Shown: positions 8,013-15,939 of the stretch, one piece after another
Layout of the letters: each line of letters opens with the position of its first letter
How positions within the stretch are numbered: position 1 is the stretch's first letter
Assembly (NCBI GenBank): GCA_965232515.1
Contig: CBDDPY010000001.1
Location: 1-38,198 of the forward strand
Direction of reading: 5' to 3'
Length of the DNA: 38,198 bases
From: Alphaproteobacteria bacterium
Lineage (GTDB): Bacteria; Pseudomonadota; Alphaproteobacteria; GCA-2731375
Position numbers and translations under genes: made by a program
The notes under the pieces: generated by a model
Databases searched by the model: none
Told to the model about the DNA's origin: nothing
What the model saw: only the letters and a program-made list of their open reading frames with translations

Positions 8013-8726
8013 ATGATTGAAGTCCCCGAAGCCGACAAAAACAGGACCGCCATCCGTGCGATTGCCGAAGTGCTGGCTCAGGGTATGCCTGTCACGGCCG
8101 GTCTCGCCCGCCTGTACCAGTTTACCCATCCTTCAGCCTTCGAGCAGGAGCTGCAACAATGGCGCCGGGATGTGACGCAAGCCGTCAACACGATTTCCGA
8201 GCAGCTCCGTATTCGCCTTCCCGTCAGCGAGGCCAGCCTTGAGGTCACTCGGTTCCTGGTCGGGCAAGCCGCTCGGGGCTATGGGGACGATATTGCTTTT
8301 CAACAGATCGAGGACGGCTTGCCGGAATACGACCGTGCAACGCTCCAGAAAGCCTGCTTCGATCTGGAGCAGTCCGATTTGGTGCGGATCGAGGCCGCCC
8401 ACGGGCGCCCGGTTCTGGCCGTTCGTCCCGAGGCCCGACTTTTCTGGACCTTTGACCCTTACTTCCTCGGCACCGATCCCGGCGCCGACGCCCTGGAGAT
8501 CGCCCGGAAGCTTCTTGAGCAGGATGACGGCGCCTCCGTCGCCGCCGGCGACCTGGAAACCTCTCTCGGCTGGTCGCGCCGACGCTTCAATCCGGCCTTT
8601 GAGAAGGTCGTGGCGGAGCTTCCGCCGGGATGGCTCCGCCAGCCAATGAAGCGGGACTATCCGGCAACCTTAATCCGCGTTTCTCCAGAGGTGCGCGCCC
8701 AGCTTGAACATTTCGTCTCAGGCTAA
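8013..8726 (+). CDS. Hypothetical protein (237 aa), possibly with winged-helix domains
   Basis: ATG immediately after the resolvase stop; LETSLGWSRRRFN HTH-like segment. Confidence 0.75.
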   Translation: MIEVPEADKNRTAIRAIAEVLAQGMPVTAGLARLYQFTHPSAFEQELQQWRRDVTQAVNTISEQLRIRLPVSEASLEVTRFLVGQAARGYGDDIAFQQIEDGLPEYDRATLQKACFDLEQSDLVRIEAAHGRPVLAVRPEARLFWTFDPYFLGTDPGADALEIARKLLEQDDGASVAAGDLETSLGWSRRRFNPAFEKVVAELPPGWLRQPMKRDYPATLIRVSPEVRAQLEHFVSG

Positions 8727-8750
8727 GCGGGCTTGCGATTGACGACGATC

Positions 8751-8776
8751 GGCGCCGGGGCAAGTGCCCCGGCGCC
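8751..8776. terminator. Hairpin between convergent genes
   Basis: GGCGCCGGGGCA-AG-TGCCCCGGCGCC perfect 12-bp stem; weak U-tract. Confidence 0.5.
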
Positions 8777-8783
8777 TTGACCG

Positions 8784-9110
8784 TCAGTCGGACGGATTCC
8801 AAATCAGGGCATAGACGTCGGGCTCATCCTGTCCGGCGGCAACACCCAGGTTGCAGTAGAGCCGGCGCGGGCCGAACTCCGGAGCGGCTAGCGCGAGCGA
8901 CACGTACTCTCTGCCGCTGGTCTCGCCCAGGCGCGTCCAACCGGCGCCGATGTCCACGTTGTCGGCATAGACCCGAAAGTCCGGCTGGTTGCTGTCCGGC
9001 TTCTTGCCGTTGTTCGGGCTGATGCGAATGGGCGCCTTGATGCTGAGGGTCCGCAGGTGTCCGAAGTAACTGCCGTCCGCCTGGAGCTTTACGTAACCGA
9101 TCTGTGCCAT
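8784..9110 (-). CDS. DUF736 family protein
   Basis: MAQIG..GHLRTL..PDFRV..IGAGW..YVSLAL..PEF..LIW pattern. Confidence 0.92.
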   Translation of the reverse strand: MAQIGYVKLQADGSYFGHLRTLSIKAPIRISPNNGKKPDSNQPDFRVYADNVDIGAGWTRLGETSGREYVSLALAAPEFGPRRLYCNLGVAAGQDEPDVYALIWNPSD

Positions 9111-9963
9111 TGTCCGATCCTCTTGCTGGAAGGGGCCATCCCCTTCGATGGCCAGACCGGATGGCGAAGCGGGCCGGGTGAAACCGCCTTGCGGCCCGCC
9201 CGTAGGAGCGGGACCTGAGCGGCGGGGTTTTTTGGAGCGTGAGCGGTCGCGAGGAGCCGCGCAGCGGCGGGGAAAAAACTCCGTGGCGAGGGTTGTGGCC
9301 GGCTCGCGGAGCCATAGGGCTATTAGGCGAGCGAAGGGGATGGTCCCCTTCCAGCCGTTGACGGTCGGCGGCGCGGTCGGTGCGGATCAGCCTTCCCGGC
9401 CGTGGCGTTTCGGAAAACCGGCGGCCCCGGCTTCCGCGCGGTCGCGGCCGACACAGCGGCCCGACGGCAATCGGCTTTTGCGTCGCGGGGTTCGGCCGAC
9501 CGTCTTGGCTGGCGTGATGCGCCTGGGCGAGACCAGTGGCCGGGAGACCCGATCGTCGTCTCATGCGCCCTGGCCGTGTTCGGTCTCGCCCGAGTGCATT
9601 GGTGTCCAGATGGCGGTCGAGCCGCCGGCGACGGCGGCCAGGTTCTTGATGCGGGCAGGTTCGGGGCGATGGCGCCGGCCAGGTGTCGCGGCCGTGCCGC
9701 CGTGCCTCGGGTGCCAGATCGCCGCTCTTGCTCGCTAAATCTACGGTCGATGCCTGTCCGGCCGACCAGCTCGTCGGAAACGTCCCGGCCGTTGGTCTGT
9801 CCCCTCCCCTTTCGTGGTTTCGACGCACCAGGCTTGCACGCGGGCCTGATGCCGGCCGCAACCTGCCAAGGCGGTTTCCGCTCCGCGGACCCTCCCCCTT
9901 TCGGTGGCGTTGGCGGCCCCGCGTGCCGATCCCGGTCGCGTCAACACGAAAGGAGACAGACCA

Positions 9964-10296
9964 ATGGCCTACGACGTGAACGATTTTCGGCTGATCGGCC
10001 GGGTGGCGGACATCCGGCACTTCTCCACCGTGAGCAAGGTGCGGATCGCGACCCAGCACCCGAGGCACAACGGCAAAGCCAGCTTCAACACCGTGTCGGT
10101 CTTCACCGCCGGGACCCGCTCCTACATCAAGCAATATGTCGCGGTCGGCGACAATGTGGGCTGCGACGGCCATCTGGCCACCAGCTCCTACGAGCGCGAG
10201 GGCCAGACGGTCTACAGCGTCGACCTGATCGCGGGCCGCTTCGGACTGATCGCGAAGAAGCGCGACGCCGGCGACGACGGGGCGGGGGCGCAATAG
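9964..10296 (+). CDS. ssb: Single-stranded DNA-binding protein, short form
   Basis: N..LIGRV, RIAT, GD.V..DGHLATSSYE OB-fold pattern; AAGGAG RBS. Confidence 0.85.
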   Translation: MAYDVNDFRLIGRVADIRHFSTVSKVRIATQHPRHNGKASFNTVSVFTAGTRSYIKQYVAVGDNVGCDGHLATSSYEREGQTVYSVDLIAGRFGLIAKKRDAGDDGAGAQ

Positions 10297-10548
10297 CGCC
10301 CCCCTTCCCTGCCGTGGCTACCACTACCAAGTGTTGATTTTCTTAGTCGCTTTGCTCCATGCTTCCAGCCGAGTCGTGTCGTCACGGTGCTGGCGACCGC
10401 CTCGCGGGGATCGCCAGCCCTGATTGCGCAATACCACTAGCCGGTCCGTGCCGGCCGTCCCCCTATAGGTAAAACAAGGTCTGGCTCACGAGCCGTCCGC
10501 CGGCTCGCGTGTCCACTGAAGCAGAGCCCCAGGGGGAGTAAAACGACG

Positions 10549-10791
10549 ATGTTCCAAACGGACGAGCGTGCGCATCCGGTCTTTATCGACGATCGCAGTC
10601 GCCAGGAAATTCGTGTCGGCGATCCAGTGGTCTTTCGCGGTGGCGGCCGCGCGGAAACCTGGCGCTTTCATGCTTTGAACGCCGGCGCCGGCATGGTCAC
10701 GCTCTGCGCCGTCGATAACCCAACCACTGCGATGACGGTCCCGGTCGACTTGACGTCGGGCCGCATAGAACGCGCCGGCGACGTCGGCTGA
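10549..10791 (+). CDS. Hypothetical protein (80 aa)
   Basis: GGAG upstream; plausible beta-rich small protein. Confidence 0.6.
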   Translation: MFQTDERAHPVFIDDRSRQEIRVGDPVVFRGGGRAETWRFHALNAGAGMVTLCAVDNPTTAMTVPVDLTSGRIERAGDVG

Positions 10792-10946
10792 CACCACACA
10801 GCGATTGGGGGTCTATCGGCCTGCGGCCCAACGTTGGTCGATAAGCACGGCGGGGGCGCGCTTCAGGGGAGAGTGCGTGAGTAGCGCCCCCGCCGTGCAG
10901 CTTCTCAGGTGACAGGGCCGCTTTCGGCCGGACTTGTGAGGGAAGC

Positions 10947-11498
10947 ATGACACCCGACAACCCTACCTATGATCCCATGACGCCGCAGGAGGTTCCGGCC
11001 GCGACCGAGTGCCGTATCTATCGGATGCTCAATGCGGCGCGGACGCTTCCCGAGCTTCAAGATCAGGTTCGATTGATTCTCCAGGGATTGCAGTTCAGCG
11101 ACTTCACGCACACCGTCCTTGGTCGCGAGGACGATCGCCTACCGCAGCCTAACCGCACGATGACCAGCTTCCCTTCGGCGTTGTGGGAGAGCTACGACGG
11201 CCACCTTTATCATCGCTGGGATGCGATCCTCGACTATGCGTGGCATAATCGACGGCCAATCTTTTACTCCGAGCTTCGCGCGGTCCTATTACGGTTTCCC
11301 CATGAATCCGAGTTAAAGCAACAGAACGATCGGATCGCCGCTTTATATCGCAGGCACGGCTATTACGAATTCTATTTGATTCCCCACGGCGCCGGCGGGC
11401 GCCGCTCGCTGTTCATGGTCGGCGATCGGCAGCTTGACCCCGACCGCATCCGCCGCCGTGCAGCCGCGGCTGACGGCGGCCAAGTCGAAGTCGAGTAG
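10947..11498 (+). CDS. LuxR-type autoinducer-binding-domain protein lacking the HTH
   Basis: LQFSDF..TSFP..LWESY-x8-DA..RRPIFY..RHGY pattern; no C-terminal LuxR HTH. Confidence 0.7.
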   Translation: MTPDNPTYDPMTPQEVPAATECRIYRMLNAARTLPELQDQVRLILQGLQFSDFTHTVLGREDDRLPQPNRTMTSFPSALWESYDGHLYHRWDAILDYAWHNRRPIFYSELRAVLLRFPHESELKQQNDRIAALYRRHGYYEFYLIPHGAGGRRSLFMVGDRQLDPDRIRRRAAAADGGQVEVE

Positions 11499-11533
11499 TT
11501 TCGTATGGTCTAAGGGGCTTCGCCTCTCGCACG

Positions 11534-11655
11534 GTCAACGCGATCACCGGCGGCCGTGGCCTGGGTGGTTCATCCCCGCGCGAGCGGGGAACGTTGTTAC
11601 CGTGACTACAGCTCTCCCACTGTAGACGGGTCATCCCCGTGCGAGCGGGGAACTT
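11534..11655 (-). CRISPR. Orphan type I-E-like CRISPR mini-array (2 repeats, 2 spacers)
   Basis: Repeats at 11627-11655 (minus: AAGTTCCCCGCTCGCACGGGGATGACCCG) and 11566-11594 (minus: ACGTTCCCCGCTCGCGCGGGGATGAACCA); period exactly 61; spacers 11595-11626 and 11534-11565 (32 nt each); no cas genes on the molecule. Confidence 0.88.
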
Positions 11656-11725
11656 TGTGTCAATATATGTACGCCTTTTGATTAAATCTTGTCGAGAATA
11701 ATCGCGGTAAAGCTAGGGTTTTTGG
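11656..11725 (-). promoter_or_regulatory. AT-rich CRISPR leader-like region
   Basis: AT-rich non-coding tract on the 5' side of the canonical repeat orientation; contains AATCAA (IHF-like half site). Confidence 0.6.
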
Positions 11726-11822
11726 GGCCATTGGTGGCCCGGTGATGGCGGCCGAGTTGGTCGAGAGGCAGCCTGCGGCTTCGGCGCGTCCGGCATTGGG
11801 GGCCTGGTGTGATCAGTGGCGG

Positions 11823-12022
11823 CGCGGATCCGCGTGCGCGGATGCTGCGCCCCTCTTTTTTTGATCCTGGCTAAGGGGCCTTGCCCCTCGCGCGGTCAAG
11901 GCTGCGGCCACCCCAGCCTCAGTCGCTCCGCTCCCTGCGGCAGGGTCCCCTGAACCTCGCCTGGACCTTGCTACCCCCAATCCTCGCCGGATGGGCAGGG
12001 GTTGATGCAGACGCATCACCCC
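11823..12022 (+). repeat. Long structured leading-region element upstream of the ParB-like gene (ssDNA promoter/ssi-like)
   Basis: GGATCC palindrome followed by a GCTAAGGGG...CTCAGTCGCT.CGCTCCCTGCG...GGGTCCCCTG...CTTGCTACCCCC block shared with 37606-37760 and, inverted, 19266-19385. Confidence 0.8.
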
Positions 12023-12058
12023 CTTCCCAGGGGGCTAGCAAGCCACAGGAGTTGCACC

Positions 12059-13786
12059 ATGCAATTGACCCATATCGACATCACCGACTTGAAGGTTTCG
12101 CCGCTCAACATGCGCTATGGCGAGGAACCGGACATCTCCGACATCCTACCGAGCGTGCGGAAACGGGGGGTGCTGTTGCCCCTGTTGGTGCGGCCGAACG
12201 GCAGCGGCTACGAGATCGTCGCCGGTGCGCGGCGTTTCGCCGCCGCCCAGGCTGTGGCGGAAGAAGCGGGCGAGATCGACCCCCTGCCCTGCGGCATCTT
12301 GGACGAGGACGACGACGCGGCGGCCTTGGAAGCGTCGATGTTGGAGAACCATGCTCGCCTCGATCCGCATGAAATGACGCAGTACGAACATTTCGCCCGG
12401 CTGGTGAAGGCGGGGCAGGACGTGGCCGATATCGCGGCCACCTTCAGCTTGACGGAGAGGCAGGTTGAACAGCGGCTCGCGCTCGGCAATCTGCTGCCGA
12501 AGATCAGGGAGGCGTACAGGGCGGATAAGGTCAGTGTGCCGACCATTCGGCATTTGACGATGGCGACCAAGACCCAGCAAAAAGCGTGGCTCAAACTGTT
12601 CGACGACCCTGCGACGCATGAGCCGTGCGGTGCGAACTTGAAGCGCTGGCTACTGGACGGTGACGACATTTCGACCGGGGGGGCGCTGTTCCCCTTGGAG
12701 GAATACACCGCCCGGAAAGGCCAGGACGGCAAGAAGGGCCGTGTCATCACCGATCTATTCGGAGACGGGGGCTACTTCGCTGACCGTGATCTGTTTTGGG
12801 AGTGCCAGAACGAAGCTATCGCCGCCGCGCGGGATGCGTTGTTGGCCAATGGCTGGGCCGAGGTCGAAATCCTCGAACGGGGCCAGAGGTTCTACCAGCA
12901 TGAGCATTCCGAAACCTCGAAAGCGAAGGGTGGCCGCGTCTACGTCACCGTCGCGCACAACGGCGCGGTCGACTTCCACAAGGGCTATCTGACCACCAAG
13001 GAAGCGGCCCGCAAGCGCCGCGCCGAGGCGGCGGCGGCACGCGGCGACGACGCTCCGGTGGAGAAGCCGGAGCGCGTGGAAATCTCTCAGCGAATGCAGG
13101 ACTACTTGGAAGGCTGCCGCCATACGGCTGTGCGGGCGGAACTGCTGCAACATCCCGGTCTGGCCCTGCGCCTGCTGGTCGCCCACGTCATCGAGGGGTC
13201 GCACCTATGGACAGTGAGCCCGGAACACCTGCTATGCGGGAACGACACGTTCGAGACCGAGCGGGCCGAGATCATCGCCCTTCTGGGTTTGCCGGAGCGC
13301 GGGTGCGTTGTTCACGAAGGCCGCGACGACAAGGAGGTGGTTCTGCTCACGGCCAAATTGCTTCAGATGCCGGACGACGAGGTGTTGCGCGTGCTGACAT
13401 TCGTGATGTCGGAAACCTTGGCCTGCGGCAGTGGGGTTGTCGAGGCGGTCGGCAACTACCTTGGGGTCGATATGGCCAACCATTGGGAGCCCGATGACGA
13501 GTTCCTTGACCTGATCAGGGACAAGCGGGTGCTCACGGCCATGATGCGGGAGATCGCCGGCAAGCGCACGGCGGACGCCCATGTGACCGCGACCGGCAAG
13601 GTCATGAAGAAGGTCATCCGCGATTGTCTGCGCGGCGAGAACGACCGCAAGAAGGTCGAGGGGTGGTTGCCGCGTTATCTGGCCTTCCCCTTCCGCGCCT
13701 ACACGAAGGCCGGGGGCGCGAAGGACGGCGGCATTCGGATCGCCGCCGCTTGGGATCGCGTCAAGCGGCTGCTGAAAGCGGCCTGA
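12059..13786 (+). CDS. Large ParB/Spo0J-family protein (plasmid leading-region type)
   Basis: N-terminal ParB domain GVLLPLLVR..IVAGARRF..SMLEN; HTH; AGGAG RBS. Confidence 0.92.
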   Translation: MQLTHIDITDLKVSPLNMRYGEEPDISDILPSVRKRGVLLPLLVRPNGSGYEIVAGARRFAAAQAVAEEAGEIDPLPCGILDEDDDAAALEASMLENHARLDPHEMTQYEHFARLVKAGQDVADIAATFSLTERQVEQRLALGNLLPKIREAYRADKVSVPTIRHLTMATKTQQKAWLKLFDDPATHEPCGANLKRWLLDGDDISTGGALFPLEEYTARKGQDGKKGRVITDLFGDGGYFADRDLFWECQNEAIAAARDALLANGWAEVEILERGQRFYQHEHSETSKAKGGRVYVTVAHNGAVDFHKGYLTTKEAARKRRAEAAAARGDDAPVEKPERVEISQRMQDYLEGCRHTAVRAELLQHPGLALRLLVAHVIEGSHLWTVSPEHLLCGNDTFETERAEIIALLGLPERGCVVHEGRDDKEVVLLTAKLLQMPDDEVLRVLTFVMSETLACGSGVVEAVGNYLGVDMANHWEPDDEFLDLIRDKRVLTAMMREIAGKRTADAHVTATGKVMKKVIRDCLRGENDRKKVEGWLPRYLAFPFRAYTKAGGAKDGGIRIAAAWDRVKRLLKAA

Positions 13787-13844
13787 TCTTCGTGGACGGA
13801 GGGGCCTGCTGGCCCCTCCCCTGCCCCGCAGCGGAAGGACCCCC

Positions 13845-14120
13845 ATGACCGTTCATTGCAACAAGGGCTGTGGCCGTACTTGGCCACGCCATCCCGTCCT
13901 TGAAGTGGACTGCCCGGCGTGCCCCGCCACGGCCGGATCGCGCTGCAAGCGCCCATCCGGTCATCAGGCGGCCGATTACCACCATGCCCGCGTGTTGTTG
14001 GCCTACGACGAGGGGCATTTCGGTTCCTGCCCTTGGGAATGCTGCCGGCCCGAGGGCCGCACCCTGCTCTCCGAGCGGGCCGGCGCGGACCTACCCCTGT
14101 TCGCGGCGCTAGACCGATGA
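13845..14120 (+). CDS. Small zinc-finger protein
   Basis: CNKGC, CPAC..C..H..H and CPWECC motifs; AAGGA RBS. Confidence 0.75.
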   Translation: MTVHCNKGCGRTWPRHPVLEVDCPACPATAGSRCKRPSGHQAADYHHARVLLAYDEGHFGSCPWECCRPEGRTLLSERAGADLPLFAALDR

Positions 14121-14500
14121 TGGTCTATCGGACACCGGGGACGCGGTTGACCTGGGCCAACCTGTCCGACTGGTGCGCCGTCGCCGGCGTGTTGAGCGAG
14201 CGGCGCGACGTGGACGGGGACAACCAGATGGCCCGAGCCGCCCATGTGGAAGCGTTGCCGCTGGCGCTCGTCGCCGGCTGTGACGACGTGGACGCGCTGG
14301 CAACGCTGCTGTGGTGGCTGATCGAGAGCCCGCCGAGCAAGCATATCGTGCGACCGCTTCGGGGGCACCGCGCCGATGCCCCGCATACGCCCTTGATCAT
14401 GGCCGCGAAGAACCGTCTCGCCCAGCTCGCGCGGGCGGCCGACACCGCGACCATGCCCATCGGCCACAACCGCCGTGCCGTCATCGATGCCGAGGATTGA
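14117..14500 (+). CDS. Hypothetical protein (127 aa)
   Basis: ATGA overlap with the upstream gene. Confidence 0.65.
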   Translation: MMVYRTPGTRLTWANLSDWCAVAGVLSERRDVDGDNQMARAAHVEALPLALVAGCDDVDALATLLWWLIESPPSKHIVRPLRGHRADAPHTPLIMAAKNRLAQLARAADTATMPIGHNRRAVIDAED

Positions 14501-14512
14501 GCGGCCGGATTT

Positions 14513-14528
14513 TGTAATGCACATTACA
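14513..14528. promoter_or_regulatory. 16-bp palindrome TGTAATGCACATTACA, copy 2
   Basis: Identical to 19216-19231; lies just upstream of the SprT-like gene. Confidence 0.75.
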
Positions 14529-14553
14529 ACAACTGTTCTAGAGAAGTGTCGTC

Positions 14554-15186
14554 ATGCCTAAGAAAACCACCCCTACCCAGGAAGCCTACGGCGAGTTGTC
14601 GAAAGCCTACGATCATTTCAATGCGGCCCTGTTCGGCGGTCGGCTGCCGCCTTGCCTTTTTACCTTTCAGCGCCGCAAGGGCACTTACGGTTTTTTTGCC
14701 GGGAGCCGCTGGACCGGGCGCGGCGAGCTTGTCGATGAGATCGCCATGAACCCTACGCATTTCAACACGCGGCCGCTGCTGGACGTGTTGTCGACGTTGG
14801 TCCACGAGCAGGTGCATTCAAAGCAGCACCATTTTGGTCGCCCGTCCCGATCCGGCTACCACAATCGGCAATGGGCTGAATGGATGCTGGACGTGGGCCT
14901 GGTGCCCTCCGACACCGGTGAGCCTGGTGGCAAGCAGACTGGTCAGCGGATGACCCACTACATCGAAACCGGCGGACGGTTCGAGATTGCCGCCCGCGCC
15001 CTACTCGATAATGGCTTTCGCATCACTTGGCGCGACCGCGCGGGAGAGGACGAGGCCAAGAAGAAGGGGAAGAGCGGCAGCCGGGTCAAATACATCTGCC
15101 CAGGCTGCGCGGCGGCAGTGTGGGGCAAGGCTGATCTGCGGCTCGCTTGCATGGAGTGTGAGGTCGAGTTGGAAGCCGACGATTGA
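14554..15186 (+). CDS. SprT-like zinc metalloprotease
   Basis: FNAALF..LP, HEQVH (HExxH), YHNRQW, C-terminal CPGC/CMEC zinc ribbon. Confidence 0.9.
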   Translation: MPKKTTPTQEAYGELSKAYDHFNAALFGGRLPPCLFTFQRRKGTYGFFAGSRWTGRGELVDEIAMNPTHFNTRPLLDVLSTLVHEQVHSKQHHFGRPSRSGYHNRQWAEWMLDVGLVPSDTGEPGGKQTGQRMTHYIETGGRFEIAARALLDNGFRITWRDRAGEDEAKKKGKSGSRVKYICPGCAAAVWGKADLRLACMECEVELEADD

Positions 15187-15191
15187 GCGGC

Positions 15192-15227
15192 TATTTAGGG
15201 GTCGGGCAGGTGCCCGACCCCTAAATA
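15192..15227. terminator. Hairpin after the SprT-like gene
   Basis: 17-bp perfect inverted repeat TATTTAGGGGTCGGGCA-GG-TGCCCGACCCCTAAATA. Confidence 0.6.
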
Positions 15228-15486
15228 TTCCGAATCACAGACCGATTCGGTGGTGCGTTGCGTATTTTAGCCCGCCGGACTCCCCGATTACTTTAGCCGT
15301 ACATAAAAATCCCACAATTGCGCGACTCCTAGTGTTTGTGCGGGTTTGGCGGCGGTCCGGCCGGGTGTAGCCCGGCCGGACCGCCTGACATGGTTAATAA
15401 TCGTTGACAGCGGCTATCGCGAGGGTAGCGTTGCTGCACACACGATGGGCACATACAGTGCCGGCTAACTCAGGTATTTGTGCCAG

Positions 15487-15762
15487 ATGGCCCTACGAAC
15501 GGCAGAACGAGTCAAACGCGCGGAGGCCCGGCGACGGGAACGTGGCGACGTCTCGATTTCGCTTTGGGCCAACAAGGATTGGGCGGAGCGGCTGGACGCC
15601 CACCGGGGCGATAAGCCCCGTGCCGCCTTTATTCGCGATGTCCTGGATGACTATTTCGACTGGCTGGATCACTACTCCGGCCAGATGGACTTTATGGCTT
15701 GGCTCGCGATTCCTGCCCAGCAGAAAAAGGAGAAGCGTCGAGGACTAAGAAAACGAGCATGA
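15487..15762 (+). CDS. CopG/ribbon-helix-helix-like regulator upstream of repC
   Basis: VSISLW..WAERLD..RAAFIRDVL pattern; TTGACA at 15404 upstream. Confidence 0.65.
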   Translation: MALRTAERVKRAEARRRERGDVSISLWANKDWAERLDAHRGDKPRAAFIRDVLDDYFDWLDHYSGQMDFMAWLAIPAQQKKEKRRGLRKRA

Positions 15763-15840
15763 AAAAACCCGGCTGGCCGGCCGGGCTTTTTACATGATCG
15801 CGGAGCACGGTTAGGACCGCCCCACCTCAATTCCAAGGGC
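15762..15840 (-). ncRNA. Putative counter-transcribed replication-control RNA (ctRNA/incA-like)
   Basis: Bidirectional terminator AAAAAACCCGGC..GCCGGGCTTTTT upstream of repC and a possible minus-strand TTGCGC-N18-TAGGGT promoter; position as in repC-family replicons. Confidence 0.45.
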
Positions 15841-15939
15841 GACCCTACCCGAAAAGCCGAGCCGGGCGCAAGCGGAAACTGTGCGTTTCTGCTAACGGCG
15901 AAGCCTTGCCTCCGCGATCCTGACAACAGGAGCGGAGAC

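Noticed and set aside
11183-11193. 11-nt match GTGGGAGAGCT between the leader-proximal spacer and the luxR-like gene
   Set aside because: Short, outside the seed start, and the flanks do not match; compatible with chance
11868-12022. Long repeats as MITEs or IS remnants
   Set aside because: No terminal inverted repeats with target duplications; placement upstream of genes fits regulatory elements better
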